NCBI GenBank assembly: GCA_963763775.1
Contig: CAVXPZ010000004.1
Coordinates: 544,001 to 608,000 of the forward strand
Reading direction: 5' to 3'
DNA: 64,000 nt
Source: an uncultured Chloroflexia bacterium
Lineage (GTDB): Bacteria; Chloroflexota; Limnocylindria; Limnocylindrales; CSP1-4
Below are positions 41,135 to 51,182 of the stretch, piece by piece (positions within the stretch are counted from its first letter, which is position 1; the number at the start of each line of letters is the position of its first letter). The translations under genes were made by a program, and so were the position numbers. Below the pieces are notes generated by a model. The model had not been told where the DNA came from and searched no databases. It was given only the letters and a program-made list of their open reading frames with translations.

Positions 41135-41725
41135 ATGACGCTCTATCGCGTCTTCCCATGGGCGCCCCGTCGACTCGTCCGCCCCCTCGACGTGCCGCGC
41201 GAACGGCAAGGCGCGAACCGCCACGACAACCCCGATCGGTACACGGCGCTGTACCTCTCTCGCGAGGCCGAGAGCGCCGTCGCCGAGGCGATCCAGGCCT
41301 TCCGGGGGCGGACCCTCGCCGATGCCGACCTGGAGCGTGTCGACGGTCGCCGCCTCGCCCTGGCCGTCCTCGACGACTCGGCCGTGCCGCCGCTCGTCGA
41401 CCTCGACGACCCCGCGGTGCTGGTCGCCCGGGCGTGGCGCCCGTCTCAGGTCGCGACGCGCCACCGCGAGACCACCCAGGCCATGGCGCGAGCGTTGTTC
41501 GACGACGGAGCGGCCGGCTGCACGTGGTGGTCGGCGCTGGAGGCGTCGTGGACGAACGTGACCTTGTTCGGCGGCCGGGCCGGGCCGCTGGCGCTCGCGG
41601 GACCGGTCGAACCGTTGTCGGTGATGCACCCGAGCCTCATCGCCGCCGCGGACCGTCTCGGGGTCAGGCTGGCGGCGACCCCCCAGACGTCCCCGCCGTC
41701 GCCGACGCCACGATCTCGAGGATGA
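41135..41725 (+). CDS. RES domain toxin
   Basis: LYR, NRHD, LYLS...AVAE, TQ, WWS, NVTLF; downstream of antitoxin. Confidence 0.85.
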   Translation: MTLYRVFPWAPRRLVRPLDVPRERQGANRHDNPDRYTALYLSREAESAVAEAIQAFRGRTLADADLERVDGRRLALAVLDDSAVPPLVDLDDPAVLVARAWRPSQVATRHRETTQAMARALFDDGAAGCTWWSALEASWTNVTLFGGRAGPLALAGPVEPLSVMHPSLIAAADRLGVRLAATPQTSPPSPTPRSRG

Positions 41726-42579
41726 ACCTCGGCAGCGCGAAGCTCGCGAGGTGGACCTCCGGCGTGTAGTAGCGGGTGGCGATCCCCGCCGCGGCGAACC
41801 GCGCCTCCAGGGTGGCCGATGGCACGCGCCGCAGGGACGCGTCGTCGGTGCCCCAACCGAACGCCATGAACCCGCCCACGTAGGTCGGCACCGCCCCCAG
41901 GTAGCAGGTCGCATCCGCGAACAGGGCGCTGAACGCGGCCATCGTCCTCGCCAACTCCGGCCCCTGGAAGAACGGGACGCCGTTCTGGGTGACCAGGATC
42001 CCGCCCGGTCGCAGGATCCGGGCGCAATCCGCGTAGAACGACTCGGTGAAGAGCGCTTCGCCCGGCCCGATCGGGTCCGTCGAGTCCACGACGATGAGGT
42101 CGTACCGACCGGCCGTCCCGGCCACGAAGTCCTTCCCGTCGCCCAGGACGATCTCCAGTCGCGGATCGTCGAACGCGCCACGCGACAGCTCCGGCAGGTG
42201 CGTCCGGGAGAGCTCGATCACGCCGGCGTCGAGTTCGGCCATCGTCACGTGCTCGATCGTCCGGTGCTTGAAGAGCTCCTCGATGAGGCCGCCGTCCCCG
42301 CCGCCGACGATCAACACGTCGCGCACGGCGCCGTGGGCCAGGACCGGGACGTGGCTGAGCATCTCGTGATAGACGTACTCGTCGGATGTCGTGAGCTGGG
42401 TCACGCCATCGAGCATCACGAGCGTCCCGAACGCCACGCTGTCCGCGATGACGAGGTGCTGGTGTGCGGTCTCGCTGTCGAAGCGCACCCGCCGGACCTG
42501 GATCGACGTCCGGAACCCGTCGTGCAGGGACTCGGTGAACCACGGGAGATTCGGGGTCGGGGGTATCGGTGGCGGCCAT
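41664..42579 (-). CDS. speE: Polyamine aminopropyltransferase (spermidine synthase); frameshift near 42545
   Basis: [23 protein letters not shown]; ATG 42579 with GGAG is one base out of frame. Confidence 0.92.
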
Positions 42580-42662
42580 GCGGCGGACTCCAGCTTCGGT
42601 CGGATGGAGCATATGGATATCCGGCACGGACCGGACACCCCGGGAACCGTATGCTTCGGGCG

Positions 42663-43121
42663 ATGCGCATCGGATTCGCCGCCGACCACGCCGGAGCCGC
42701 CCTCAAGGACGAGCTCCTGGGACGTCTGGCGTCGTCCGGCCTCGGGCACGACTGGGTCGACCTGGGCGGTGACGGCTCGGATCCGACCGACGACTATCCC
42801 GACTTCGCCGAGCGGCTCGGCCGCGCCGTGGCCGACGGCCGGGTCGACCGCGGCATCCTGATCTGCGGCTCGGGCGTCGGCGCCAGCGTCGCCGCGAACA
42901 AGATCCGGGGCATCCGCGCCGCGATCTGCCACGACACGTATTCCGCGCACCAGGGCGTGGAACACGACGACATGAACATCCTCACGCTTGGGTCTCGCGT
43001 CATCGGGTCCGAACCGGCCTACGAGATCGCGGTGGCCTTCCTGGGCGCCTCGTTCAGCGGCGAGCCGCGCCACCAGCGGCGGCTCGACAAGGTGCTCGCG
43101 ATCGAGGCGGCCGAAGGCTGA
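42663..43121 (+). CDS. rpiB: Ribose-5-phosphate isomerase B
   Basis: ADHAG, DYPD, CGSGVG...ANK, HDDMN, RH..R. Confidence 0.96.
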   Translation: MRIGFAADHAGAALKDELLGRLASSGLGHDWVDLGGDGSDPTDDYPDFAERLGRAVADGRVDRGILICGSGVGASVAANKIRGIRAAICHDTYSAHQGVEHDDMNILTLGSRVIGSEPAYEIAVAFLGASFSGEPRHQRRLDKVLAIEAAEG

Positions 43122-43268
43122 CCCGTCCTCTCGCCGGCCCGTGGGCGCCATCGCGGACCGGCGTACCATGAGCGTCCGCGGTCGAGCCGCTCCGAGTCGA
43201 TCCTCGCGCGTCGCTACCGACCTGTCACCGTCCGTTCACACGCGCATGCCTATCCTTCGGAGGCCACG

Positions 43269-45044
43269 ATGACCGACCCCACCGCGACCGAGACCGACGC
43301 GCCGCGACTCGCGCTTGGCGAGGCCGGCCCGGCGTATGCCGCCGCCGTCGAACGGGCTCGCGCGGAGGAGTGGGTCAACCGGCTGTTCTCGCGCGATGCG
43401 ACCCTGTGGTCCGCCGATCCACGCGTCCAGGAGGCCGTCCTCGACCGCCTCGGCTGGCTCGATGCGCCGGACCATTTCGCGGACCGCACCGCCGGCCTCG
43501 AAGGGTTCGGCGACGCCGTCCTCGAGGAGGGCTACACGACCGCCATCGTCGCGGGCATGGGCGGCAGCAGCCTGGCCCCGGACGTCCTCCACCGCACGTT
43601 CGGCAGCCTCGACGGCTACCTCGCGCTGCGGATCCTCGACTCGACCGATCCGGCGTTCGTGGCGGCGACCCTGGACGACCTCGACCCGCTCCGGACGCTC
43701 GTCCTCATCGCGAGCAAGTCCGGCACGACCACCGAGCCGACCGCGTTCCTCCACGAGACTTGGGCGCGCACCAAGAAGTCGCTCGACGGGATCAAGCACC
43801 ACACCTACGAGGGGCCAGGCGCCTTCTTCGCCGCGATCACGGACCCTGGGTCGAGTCTGGATGCGATCCCCCATCACGACGACTTCCGCGAGCTGTTCCT
43901 CAACCCGCCCGACATCGGCGGGCGGTACTCGGCGCTCACCTACGTCGGCCTGGTGCCGGCCTCGCTGATCGGCCTGGATCTCGACGCCTTGCTCGCCTCG
44001 GCGCACACGATGCTCGGCGCGTGCCGTCAGCCTGATCCGGAGAGCAACCCGGGCGTATCGCTGGGGCTCGCGATCGGCACCCTCGCCACGCAGGGCCGCG
44101 ACAAGCTGACGTTCCTCGCCGACGATGACATCGCGAGCTTCGGCGCGTGGGTCGAGCAGCTCATCGCCGAGAGCACGGGCAAGCGCGGCGTCGGCATCGT
44201 GCCGGTCGACAGCGAGCCCCTGGGCACGGTCGATGCGTACGGTCCGGATCGCGCGTTCGTGCGCATCTCGCTGCTCGATGCGGCCGATGGCGGCCGCGAC
44301 ACCCTCGCCGACGCGCTCGAGGCCGCCGGCCATCCGGTGATCCGCATCGAGCTCGCCGACCCGATCGACCTGGGCGCGGAGTTCGTGCGCTGGGAGGTCG
44401 CCACCGCGATCGCGGGCGTCGTCCTCGGCATCGACCCGTTCGACCAGCCCAACGTGGAGGAGGCCAAACGCCTCACCCACGAGGTCCTGGCCGCCATCGA
44501 GCACGGGCACGAGCCGCCCGCGCCGGCCGCCGCCGTGGCCGAGGGCGACGGGATCGAGGTGTTCGGTGACGCGGCGCTCCGGCTCACGTCGGGCGACGGC
44601 ACGGTCGTCGGCGAGCTCGCCCGCCACCTCGCCCGTCGCAAGGGCAACGCGTATCTCGCGCTCCAGGCGTTCATCGCGCCGACACCGGCCCGCGACGAAG
44701 CCCTGACGCGGATCCGCGCCCTCCTGCGCGACCGGACCGGCCGGGCCACCACGGCCGGCTACGGCCCGCGGTTCCTGCACTCGACCGGCCAGCTCCACAA
44801 GGGCGGCGCGCCGATCGGATGGTTCATCCAGTTGACGGCCGACCATCCGGTCGACCGGCCGATCCCGACGTGGCCGTTCACGTTCGGGCAGCTCATCGAC
44901 GCGCAGGCGGGCGGCGATTTCGCCGCCATCGAGGCGCATGACCTGCCGATCGTCCGGGTCCACCTCGGCGCCGACCCGGACGCCGGTCTGGCCGCCCTGG
45001 AGCGCGCCCTGGCCGCCGCGCTCGACACACACCAGGAGGGCTGA
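43269..45044 (+). CDS. pgi: Glucose-6-phosphate isomerase (type related to the PGI half of Tal/Pgi fusions)
   Basis: GMGGSSL, SKSGTT.E, GGRYS, QLIAESTGK, PFDQP.VE.AK, HSTGQLHKGG. Confidence 0.9.
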   Translation: MTDPTATETDAPRLALGEAGPAYAAAVERARAEEWVNRLFSRDATLWSADPRVQEAVLDRLGWLDAPDHFADRTAGLEGFGDAVLEEGYTTAIVAGMGGSSLAPDVLHRTFGSLDGYLALRILDSTDPAFVAATLDDLDPLRTLVLIASKSGTTTEPTAFLHETWARTKKSLDGIKHHTYEGPGAFFAAITDPGSSLDAIPHHDDFRELFLNPPDIGGRYSALTYVGLVPASLIGLDLDALLASAHTMLGACRQPDPESNPGVSLGLAIGTLATQGRDKLTFLADDDIASFGAWVEQLIAESTGKRGVGIVPVDSEPLGTVDAYGPDRAFVRISLLDAADGGRDTLADALEAAGHPVIRIELADPIDLGAEFVRWEVATAIAGVVLGIDPFDQPNVEEAKRLTHEVLAAIEHGHEPPAPAAAVAEGDGIEVFGDAALRLTSGDGTVVGELARHLARRKGNAYLALQAFIAPTPARDEALTRIRALLRDRTGRATTAGYGPRFLHSTGQLHKGGAPIGWFIQLTADHPVDRPIPTWPFTFGQLIDAQAGGDFAAIEAHDLPIVRVHLGADPDAGLAALERALAAALDTHQEG

Positions 45045-45049
45045 CCCAG

Positions 45050-45955
45050 ATGCGCATCGGCTTCATCGGCCTCGGCCGGATGGGCGCCAACATGGTCCGC
45101 CGGCTCGTCCGCGACGGCCACGAGATCATGGTCTACAACCGGACGCCCGAGAAGTCGCAGGAGATCGAGGGCGAAGGCGAGGGGGCCAAGGCCACGTTCT
45201 CCATCGCGGACCTGGTCGCCTCGCTCGAGAAGCCGCGGGCCGTGTGGGTCATGGTCCCGGCGGGCGACGCCACCGAAGCGCAGATCGACGAGCTGCTGGA
45301 ACACCTCGAGCCGGGTGACACGATCATCGACGGCGGCAACACGAACTTCCACGACGACGTCCGACGGCACGAGGCGCTCAAGGCGAAGGGGATCGGCTAC
45401 ATCGACGCGGGCACGTCGGGCGGCATCTGGGGCCTCCAGGTCGGGTACTGCCTGATGGTCGGCGGCGACGAGGCGACCGTGAAGCCCCTCGAGCCGATCT
45501 TCACGACCCTCGCTCCGCAGGGCGGCTACCTCCATGTCGGGGGGCCGGGTGCCGGCCACTACGTGAAGATGGTCCACAACGGCATCGAGTACGGCCTGAT
45601 GCAGGCGTACGCCGAGGGCTTCGAGATCATGCATGCGAGCGACTACGAGCTCGATCTCGCGGGGATCTCGGAGCTGTGGATGCAGGGCTCGGTGGTGCGG
45701 TCGTGGCTGCTGGAGCTCGCCGGGCGAGCGTTCCGCGCGAACGGCCCGGACCTCGAGCATCTCAAGGGCTTCGTCGCCGACTCGGGCGAGGGCCGTTGGA
45801 CCGTCCAGGAAGCGATCGACCACGACGTCCCGGCGCCGGTCATCACGCTGTCGCTGCTGACCCGCTTCCGGTCGCGCCAGGACGACTCCTACGGGGCCAA
45901 GGTCCTCGCCGCGCTCCGCAACGAGTTCGGTGGGCACGCGGTGAAGACCGAGTAG
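45050..45955 (+). CDS. gnd: 6-phosphogluconate dehydrogenase (short form)
   Basis: GLGRMG, DGGN, GHYVKMVHNGIEYG, DSGEGRW, FGGH. Confidence 0.97.
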   Translation: MRIGFIGLGRMGANMVRRLVRDGHEIMVYNRTPEKSQEIEGEGEGAKATFSIADLVASLEKPRAVWVMVPAGDATEAQIDELLEHLEPGDTIIDGGNTNFHDDVRRHEALKAKGIGYIDAGTSGGIWGLQVGYCLMVGGDEATVKPLEPIFTTLAPQGGYLHVGGPGAGHYVKMVHNGIEYGLMQAYAEGFEIMHASDYELDLAGISELWMQGSVVRSWLLELAGRAFRANGPDLEHLKGFVADSGEGRWTVQEAIDHDVPAPVITLSLLTRFRSRQDDSYGAKVLAALRNEFGGHAVKTE

Positions 45956-45962
45956 GCCGGAC

Positions 45963-47696
45963 GTGGCCAAGACCCTGACGCCCGAGAAGGCGACGCCGGT
46001 CGAGGCGCCATCGCCGACCGCGCCCGAGATGAGCCCGGCGATCCCGCCCGAGGTCCTCGAGCCCCTCCCCGAGCAGCCGGCACGGCCGGCACCGCGGGGC
46101 AAGGACGTGCCGCGGACGATGAAGGACCTGCGGCTCTCCCGCGCCGGCAAGCGCGCCTCGCGCGCCAAGCCCGCGACCAACGTCCTGCGCGAAGGGCTCC
46201 GCCTCGAGCGTGTCCCGGACCCAAGCGTGCTCGTGCTCATGGGCGCGACCGGCGACCTCGCCCACCGAAAGGTCATCCCCGCGCTCTACCAGCTCTGGCG
46301 GACCAACCTGCTGCCGCACGAGTTCATGATCGTGGCCGTCGGCCGGCGACCCTACGACGACGAGACCTTCCGGGCCGAGATCCGGGCGTCACTCGAACAG
46401 TTCAGCCGGGTCAAGCCGATCGACGCCAACGCCTGGCGGACCTTCGCTGCGCGGCTGCTCTACCACCGAATGGACTTCTCGGACGCCACCGCGTTCGACG
46501 CGCTGGCGGAACGCCTCGAGACGATCGACGAGGAGCACGGTACCCACGGCAACCGGCTCTTCTACCTGGCGACCCAGCCGTCGCAGTTCGCTGAGATCGT
46601 CGGTCAGCTCGGGCGCGTCGGCCTCGACCACGAGACGCATGACGGCGGCTGGCGGCGGATCGTCATCGAGAAGCCGTTCGGGCACGACCTGGAGTCGGCC
46701 AAGAAGCTCAACCGCGAGGTCGGCAAGGTCTTCCGCGAGTCGCAGGTCTACCGCATCGACCACTACCTGGGCAAGGAGACCGTGCGGAACCTGCTGGTCT
46801 TCCGCTTCGGCAACGGCATCTTCGAGCCGCTCTGGAACCGCCGGTACGTCGACCACGTGCAGATCACGGTGGCCGAGTCGATCGGCATCGAGAACCGCGG
46901 CGCCTTCTACGAGGAGACCGGGGCGGTCCGCGACGTCCTCCAGAACCACCTGCTCCAGCTCGTGAGCCTCATCGCGATGGAGCCACCCGCGACCTTCGAT
47001 GCCGACGCGTTGCGCGACGAGAAGGTCAAGGTCCTGCGGGCGATCCAGACCGACCCCGCCAACGCCGCGGTCGACGTGGTCCGCGGCCAGTACGGGCCGG
47101 GCTGGGTGTCGGCCATCAAGGTCCCCGGCTACCGGGCGGAGGAGGACGTCGATCCGGCTTCGGAGACCGAGACGTTCATCGCGGCACGCCTCACGATCGA
47201 CGATTGGCGGTGGTCCGGCGTCCCGTTCTACGTCCGAACGGGCAAACGGCTCCCGAAGCGCGCGACGGAGATCGCGATCCAGTACCGCGAGGTCCCGCAC
47301 CGCCTCTTCCGCGACGCGGCCGTGGATCCCGACCCGAACCTGCTCGTCATCCGCGTCCAGCCGGACGAGGGGATCATGCTGCGGTTCGGGGCGAAGGTGC
47401 CGGGCCTCGGGATGGACGTGCGCGCGGTGACGATGGACTTCACCTACGGCTCGGCGTTCAGCGTCGACTCGCCCGACGCGTACGAGACGCTGATCCTCGA
47501 TGCCCTCCAGGGCGACGCGTCGCTGTTCACCCGTGCGGACGAGGTCGAGCAGGCGTGGGGCATCGTCGACCCGATCATCGACGCGTGGGCGGACGAGCCC
47601 GCACCGAACCTGCCCAACTACGACGCCGGCACGTGGGGCCCGGCCGAGGCCGACGAGCTCCTCGAACGCGACGGTCGTCGCTGGCGGCGGATCTAG
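45963..47696 (+). CDS. zwf: Glucose-6-phosphate dehydrogenase
   Basis: GATGDLA, IEKPFG, RIDHYLGKE. Confidence 0.98.
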   Translation: MAKTLTPEKATPVEAPSPTAPEMSPAIPPEVLEPLPEQPARPAPRGKDVPRTMKDLRLSRAGKRASRAKPATNVLREGLRLERVPDPSVLVLMGATGDLAHRKVIPALYQLWRTNLLPHEFMIVAVGRRPYDDETFRAEIRASLEQFSRVKPIDANAWRTFAARLLYHRMDFSDATAFDALAERLETIDEEHGTHGNRLFYLATQPSQFAEIVGQLGRVGLDHETHDGGWRRIVIEKPFGHDLESAKKLNREVGKVFRESQVYRIDHYLGKETVRNLLVFRFGNGIFEPLWNRRYVDHVQITVAESIGIENRGAFYEETGAVRDVLQNHLLQLVSLIAMEPPATFDADALRDEKVKVLRAIQTDPANAAVDVVRGQYGPGWVSAIKVPGYRAEEDVDPASETETFIAARLTIDDWRWSGVPFYVRTGKRLPKRATEIAIQYREVPHRLFRDAAVDPDPNLLVIRVQPDEGIMLRFGAKVPGLGMDVRAVTMDFTYGSAFSVDSPDAYETLILDALQGDASLFTRADEVEQAWGIVDPIIDAWADEPAPNLPNYDAGTWGPAEADELLERDGRRWRRI

Positions 47697-47708
47697 GGCG
47701 GGCGAGCC

Positions 47709-48959
47709 GTGGCCATCGACGTCCAGATGCCGATCGGGGAGCCCGTGCTGCGCTTCACGGCGCGTGCCCACAGCATCGCCGAGATCGAGGCGCAGCTCGC
47801 CAGGATGTGGGCCGCCCAGGACCTGACGACCACCGTGGACGGCGAGCCGGCGCGCCACATCGCCGCGCGGACGAGCGTGATGAACCTCGTCGTCATCGCG
47901 CGGAGCCAGGAGATCGCCGCGCACTCCGCCGCGACGATCCAGGCCCTGACCGGGCGCCTCCCGTCGCGGACGATGATCATCGACTCGGCCGACGCGGACG
48001 GCCCGTCGTGGCTGGACGCCCGGGTCGAGGCGCACTGCGTCCTGCCGCGCGAGGACGCCCCCGAGACCTGCGCCGAGATGATCCACGTGACGTGCGGCGG
48101 CGAGTCGGGCCGCCATCTCGCCGCGATCGCGACGCCGCTCATCCTCCACGACCTGCCGGTCACGGTGTGGTGGCCGGGCGAGCCGCCGCTCGAGCGAGCA
48201 CCGGCGCACGAGCTGCTCGATGTCGCCGACCGCCTCGTCGTGGACGGCTCCACCTGGAGCGGTGACGGGCTCGGCCGGCTCGGCGAGCTGGCCACCCTGC
48301 TCGACACGACGCGGCTCGCGATCAGCGATTTCGCCCTCGTCCGACAGTCCCGCTGGCGCGAGGCGATCGCCTCGGTGTTCGACGATCCGGACTTCCTGCC
48401 CTACCTGCGCTCGCTCCGGCGGATCGCGGTCACGTACGCGACCCATGACGAGACGGGGTCGCCCGCGGCGACGAACCTCGTGAAGCCCGTGTACCACGTC
48501 GGGTGGCTCGCGTCACGACTCGGGTTGACCGTCGTCAGGCCGCTCACGCCGGTGGCGGGTCCGGCGTCCGCGACGCCGGCCAAGGTGTCGCGCGGCCCGA
48601 ACGCCAAGGCCGTCGTGGGCCGGGGCCTCGCCGCCACCCTGTCCGACGGTCGCGGGGAGGTTGGCGTCGTCATCCGGCCTCACGTCTCCGCCATGCCCGC
48701 GGGCACGACCCTGCGCGTCGAGCTGCTCGCCGAGCGCCGCGGCTCGGAGCTCCGGGCCGACGTGACGGCCGAGGCCGAGGCCGTCCACGTCCGAGTGTGG
48801 CAGGACGGCGTCGAGGCCCTCGACCGGGCATTCATGGCGCCGCGGCGGACCGAGGTGGAGCTGCTCGCCGAGGCGATCGAGGCCACCGGTCGGGACCCCG
48901 TGGCCGACGGGGCCCTGCGATCGGCCGCCGCCATCACGGCCAACGCGGTCCACCGGTGA
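47709..48959 (+). CDS. opcA: G6PD assembly/effector protein OpcA
   Basis: PSR, LI..DLPV.VWW.G, DRLVVD, W.RE; follows zwf. Confidence 0.9.
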   Translation: MAIDVQMPIGEPVLRFTARAHSIAEIEAQLARMWAAQDLTTTVDGEPARHIAARTSVMNLVVIARSQEIAAHSAATIQALTGRLPSRTMIIDSADADGPSWLDARVEAHCVLPREDAPETCAEMIHVTCGGESGRHLAAIATPLILHDLPVTVWWPGEPPLERAPAHELLDVADRLVVDGSTWSGDGLGRLGELATLLDTTRLAISDFALVRQSRWREAIASVFDDPDFLPYLRSLRRIAVTYATHDETGSPAATNLVKPVYHVGWLASRLGLTVVRPLTPVAGPASATPAKVSRGPNAKAVVGRGLAATLSDGRGEVGVVIRPHVSAMPAGTTLRVELLAERRGSELRADVTAEAEAVHVRVWQDGVEALDRAFMAPRRTEVELLAEAIEATGRDPVADGALRSAAAITANAVHR

Positions 48960-49756
48960 ACGACCCCGAGGTCGTCGTCGTCGCCGACCCGGCCGCGGCT
49001 GCTGCCGAGGCGGTCACCCGCACCATCCACGCGCTGCGCGAGGGGGTCGAGGCGCGCGGGCGGGCCGATTGGGCCACGACCGGCGGGTCGTCCCCGATCG
49101 GGCTGTACCGACGGCTGCTCGAGCACGAGATGCTGGACGAGGTCCCGTGGTCGCGCGTCCACGTCTGGTGGGGCGACGATCGGTATGTCCCGCGCGACCA
49201 CCCGGCCTCGAACGTGAAGCCGTTCGACGACGTGATGCTCGGCATCGCGGCGGCCGAGGAGGGCACCGCCGGCGGACCGATCGGGATCCCCATCCCGCTC
49301 GAGCAGGTCCACCCATGGCCGACGGGCGAGGCGATCGGCGCGGCGCGCGGGGCGGCCTGGTGCGCGGCCACGCTGGCGGACGAGCTGCGCGCGAACGGCC
49401 CCGCCCCGATCGATGGCTGGCCGGCGTTCGACCTGCTGATCCTCGGCGCGGGTTCCGACGGCCACACGCTGTCGGTCTTCCCGGGCTCCCCGGCGCTGAC
49501 CTCCACGGACCTGGCGATGGCGATCCCGGCCCCGACCCACATCGAGCCGCACATCGAGCGCGTGACGCTCAACCCGGCGGTGATCGGCGTGGCGCGGCAC
49601 GTGTTAGTGCTCGCGACCGGCGCCCCGAAGGCGATGATCCTGGGACGGATCTTCGGCCCGGTGTGGGACCCGGCGCAGTGGCCGGCCCAACTGGCCCGCA
49701 CCGCCAACGCGACGTGGATCCTCGACGAGGCGTGCGCCGCGGGGCTCGCCCGCTGA
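48956..49756 (+). CDS. pgl: 6-phosphogluconolactonase
   Basis: TGGSSP, WGDDRYVP, SN, LG.G.DGHT.SVFP, RVTL. Confidence 0.93.
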   Translation: MNDPEVVVVADPAAAAAEAVTRTIHALREGVEARGRADWATTGGSSPIGLYRRLLEHEMLDEVPWSRVHVWWGDDRYVPRDHPASNVKPFDDVMLGIAAAEEGTAGGPIGIPIPLEQVHPWPTGEAIGAARGAAWCAATLADELRANGPAPIDGWPAFDLLILGAGSDGHTLSVFPGSPALTSTDLAMAIPAPTHIEPHIERVTLNPAVIGVARHVLVLATGAPKAMILGRIFGPVWDPAQWPAQLARTANATWILDEACAAGLAR

Positions 49757-50244
49757 CCGCGCCGGACCCGACCCCAGGTGCGCCGGCCGCCGCGGACGAC
49801 CTGGTCATCCGCCGAGCCACGGTCGACGACGGTCCGGGGGTCGGAGACGTCCTGCTCGACTCGTGGCGCGCCACATTCGACTTCCCCGGAGTCCATCCGG
49901 ACGACGACGTCCGCCGCTGGGTCGTGGCGACCCTCATCCCGACCACGGAATCCTGGGTGGCGGTCGGACCGGGCGGTGCCGTCGTCGGCGTGCTGTCGCT
50001 CTCGGAGACCATGATCGATCAGCTCTACCTGGCCCCGGACTGGATCGGCCGGGGGCTCGGGTCGCGGCTGCTCGAGCTCGCCAAGGCCCGCCGCCCCGAC
50101 GGCCTGGACCTGTACTGCTTCCAGGTCAACGCCCGAGCGCGCCGCTTCTACGAGGACCGCGGGTTCACCGCGATCGCCTTCGGCGACGGCTCCGGCAACG
50201 AGGAACGCCAGCCCGACATCCGGTACGCGTGGCGCCCATCGTGA
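49753..50244 (+). CDS. GNAT N-acetyltransferase (possible CTG start)
   Basis: IRRA, LYL.P...GRGLGS.LL, N.RARRFYE.RGF, NEE..PD. Confidence 0.85.
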   Translation: MTAPDPTPGAPAAADDLVIRRATVDDGPGVGDVLLDSWRATFDFPGVHPDDDVRRWVVATLIPTTESWVAVGPGGAVVGVLSLSETMIDQLYLAPDWIGRGLGSRLLELAKARRPDGLDLYCFQVNARARRFYEDRGFTAIAFGDGSGNEERQPDIRYAWRPS

Positions 50245-51092
50245 GCGGCGCCGGTCCGCGCCCGGCGGCCGCCGAACCGTCGCTCGTCGCGACCTCGGCG
50301 GACGGCACCCGGGTCGCGATCTTCCGATCCGGTCGGGTCGACCGGCCGCCGCTGCTCCTGGTCCACGGGACCACCGCGGATCACACGGCGTTCCGGGCGC
50401 TCGCGCCGGCGCTGGCCGGGTCGTTCGACCTCTACGCGATCGACCGGCGGGGCCGCGGCGCGTCGAGCGACACGCTCCCGTACGCCATCGGGCGCGAGTT
50501 CGAGGACCTGGTCGGGGTGGCGCAGCTCGTCGCGTCGGCGCGCGGGACCGACACCGTGGATGTCTTCGGGCACTCGTACGGCGGTCGCTGTGCGCTCGGT
50601 GCCGCGCTGCGCATGGACGTGATCGGCCGCGTGATCTGCTACGAGGGCGCCCCGTCACCGCCTGGCACGACGTACCACCCCGACGGCCTGGACGCCGACC
50701 TCGCTGCGCGGTCGGCCGCCGGCGACCTCGACGGCGTCATGGCCACGTTCATGCGCCGCGTCGTCGGGATGACCGACGACGAGTTGACCGCCTATCGAGC
50801 GAACCCGGTCTGGCCGACCCGCGTCGCGGCAGCCTCGACCATCGTCCGCGAGCTCGCGGCCGAGACCGACCCGGCGGCGTCGCTCGAGGCGTTGGGCGCG
50901 GTCCGGCAACCGGTGCTCCAGATCCTCGGCGGAGCCAGCCTCAGCGCGTTCCAGGACGCGACGACGGCGCTCGACGACCGCCTCGCCGACGGCCGGGTCG
51001 TCGAGATCCCCGGCGCCAAGCACGCGGCCCACCACACGCACGTCGACGCGGTCGCGGCGGCGATCCTCGACTTCCTCCAGCCACGTGACTGA
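50241..51092 (+). CDS. Alpha/beta fold hydrolase
   Basis: LLVHG, DRRGRG.S, GHSYGG, G..H. Confidence 0.92.
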   Translation: MSGAGPRPAAAEPSLVATSADGTRVAIFRSGRVDRPPLLLVHGTTADHTAFRALAPALAGSFDLYAIDRRGRGASSDTLPYAIGREFEDLVGVAQLVASARGTDTVDVFGHSYGGRCALGAALRMDVIGRVICYEGAPSPPGTTYHPDGLDADLAARSAAGDLDGVMATFMRRVVGMTDDELTAYRANPVWPTRVAAASTIVRELAAETDPAASLEALGAVRQPVLQILGGASLSAFQDATTALDDRLADGRVVEIPGAKHAAHHTHVDAVAAAILDFLQPRD

Positions 51093-51182
51093 CCAGGTGT
51101 CGCCTCGGCCGGGTCGTGCGAGCCTGAGCGAGAGGGGCCATCCGGCCCTACCGTCTCGGGGGTCCTCGGCTACCATCCCCGC

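Noticed and set aside
43168-43272. Upstream ORF overlapping the pgi start
   Set aside because: No SD, atypical codons; pgi has its own GGAGG
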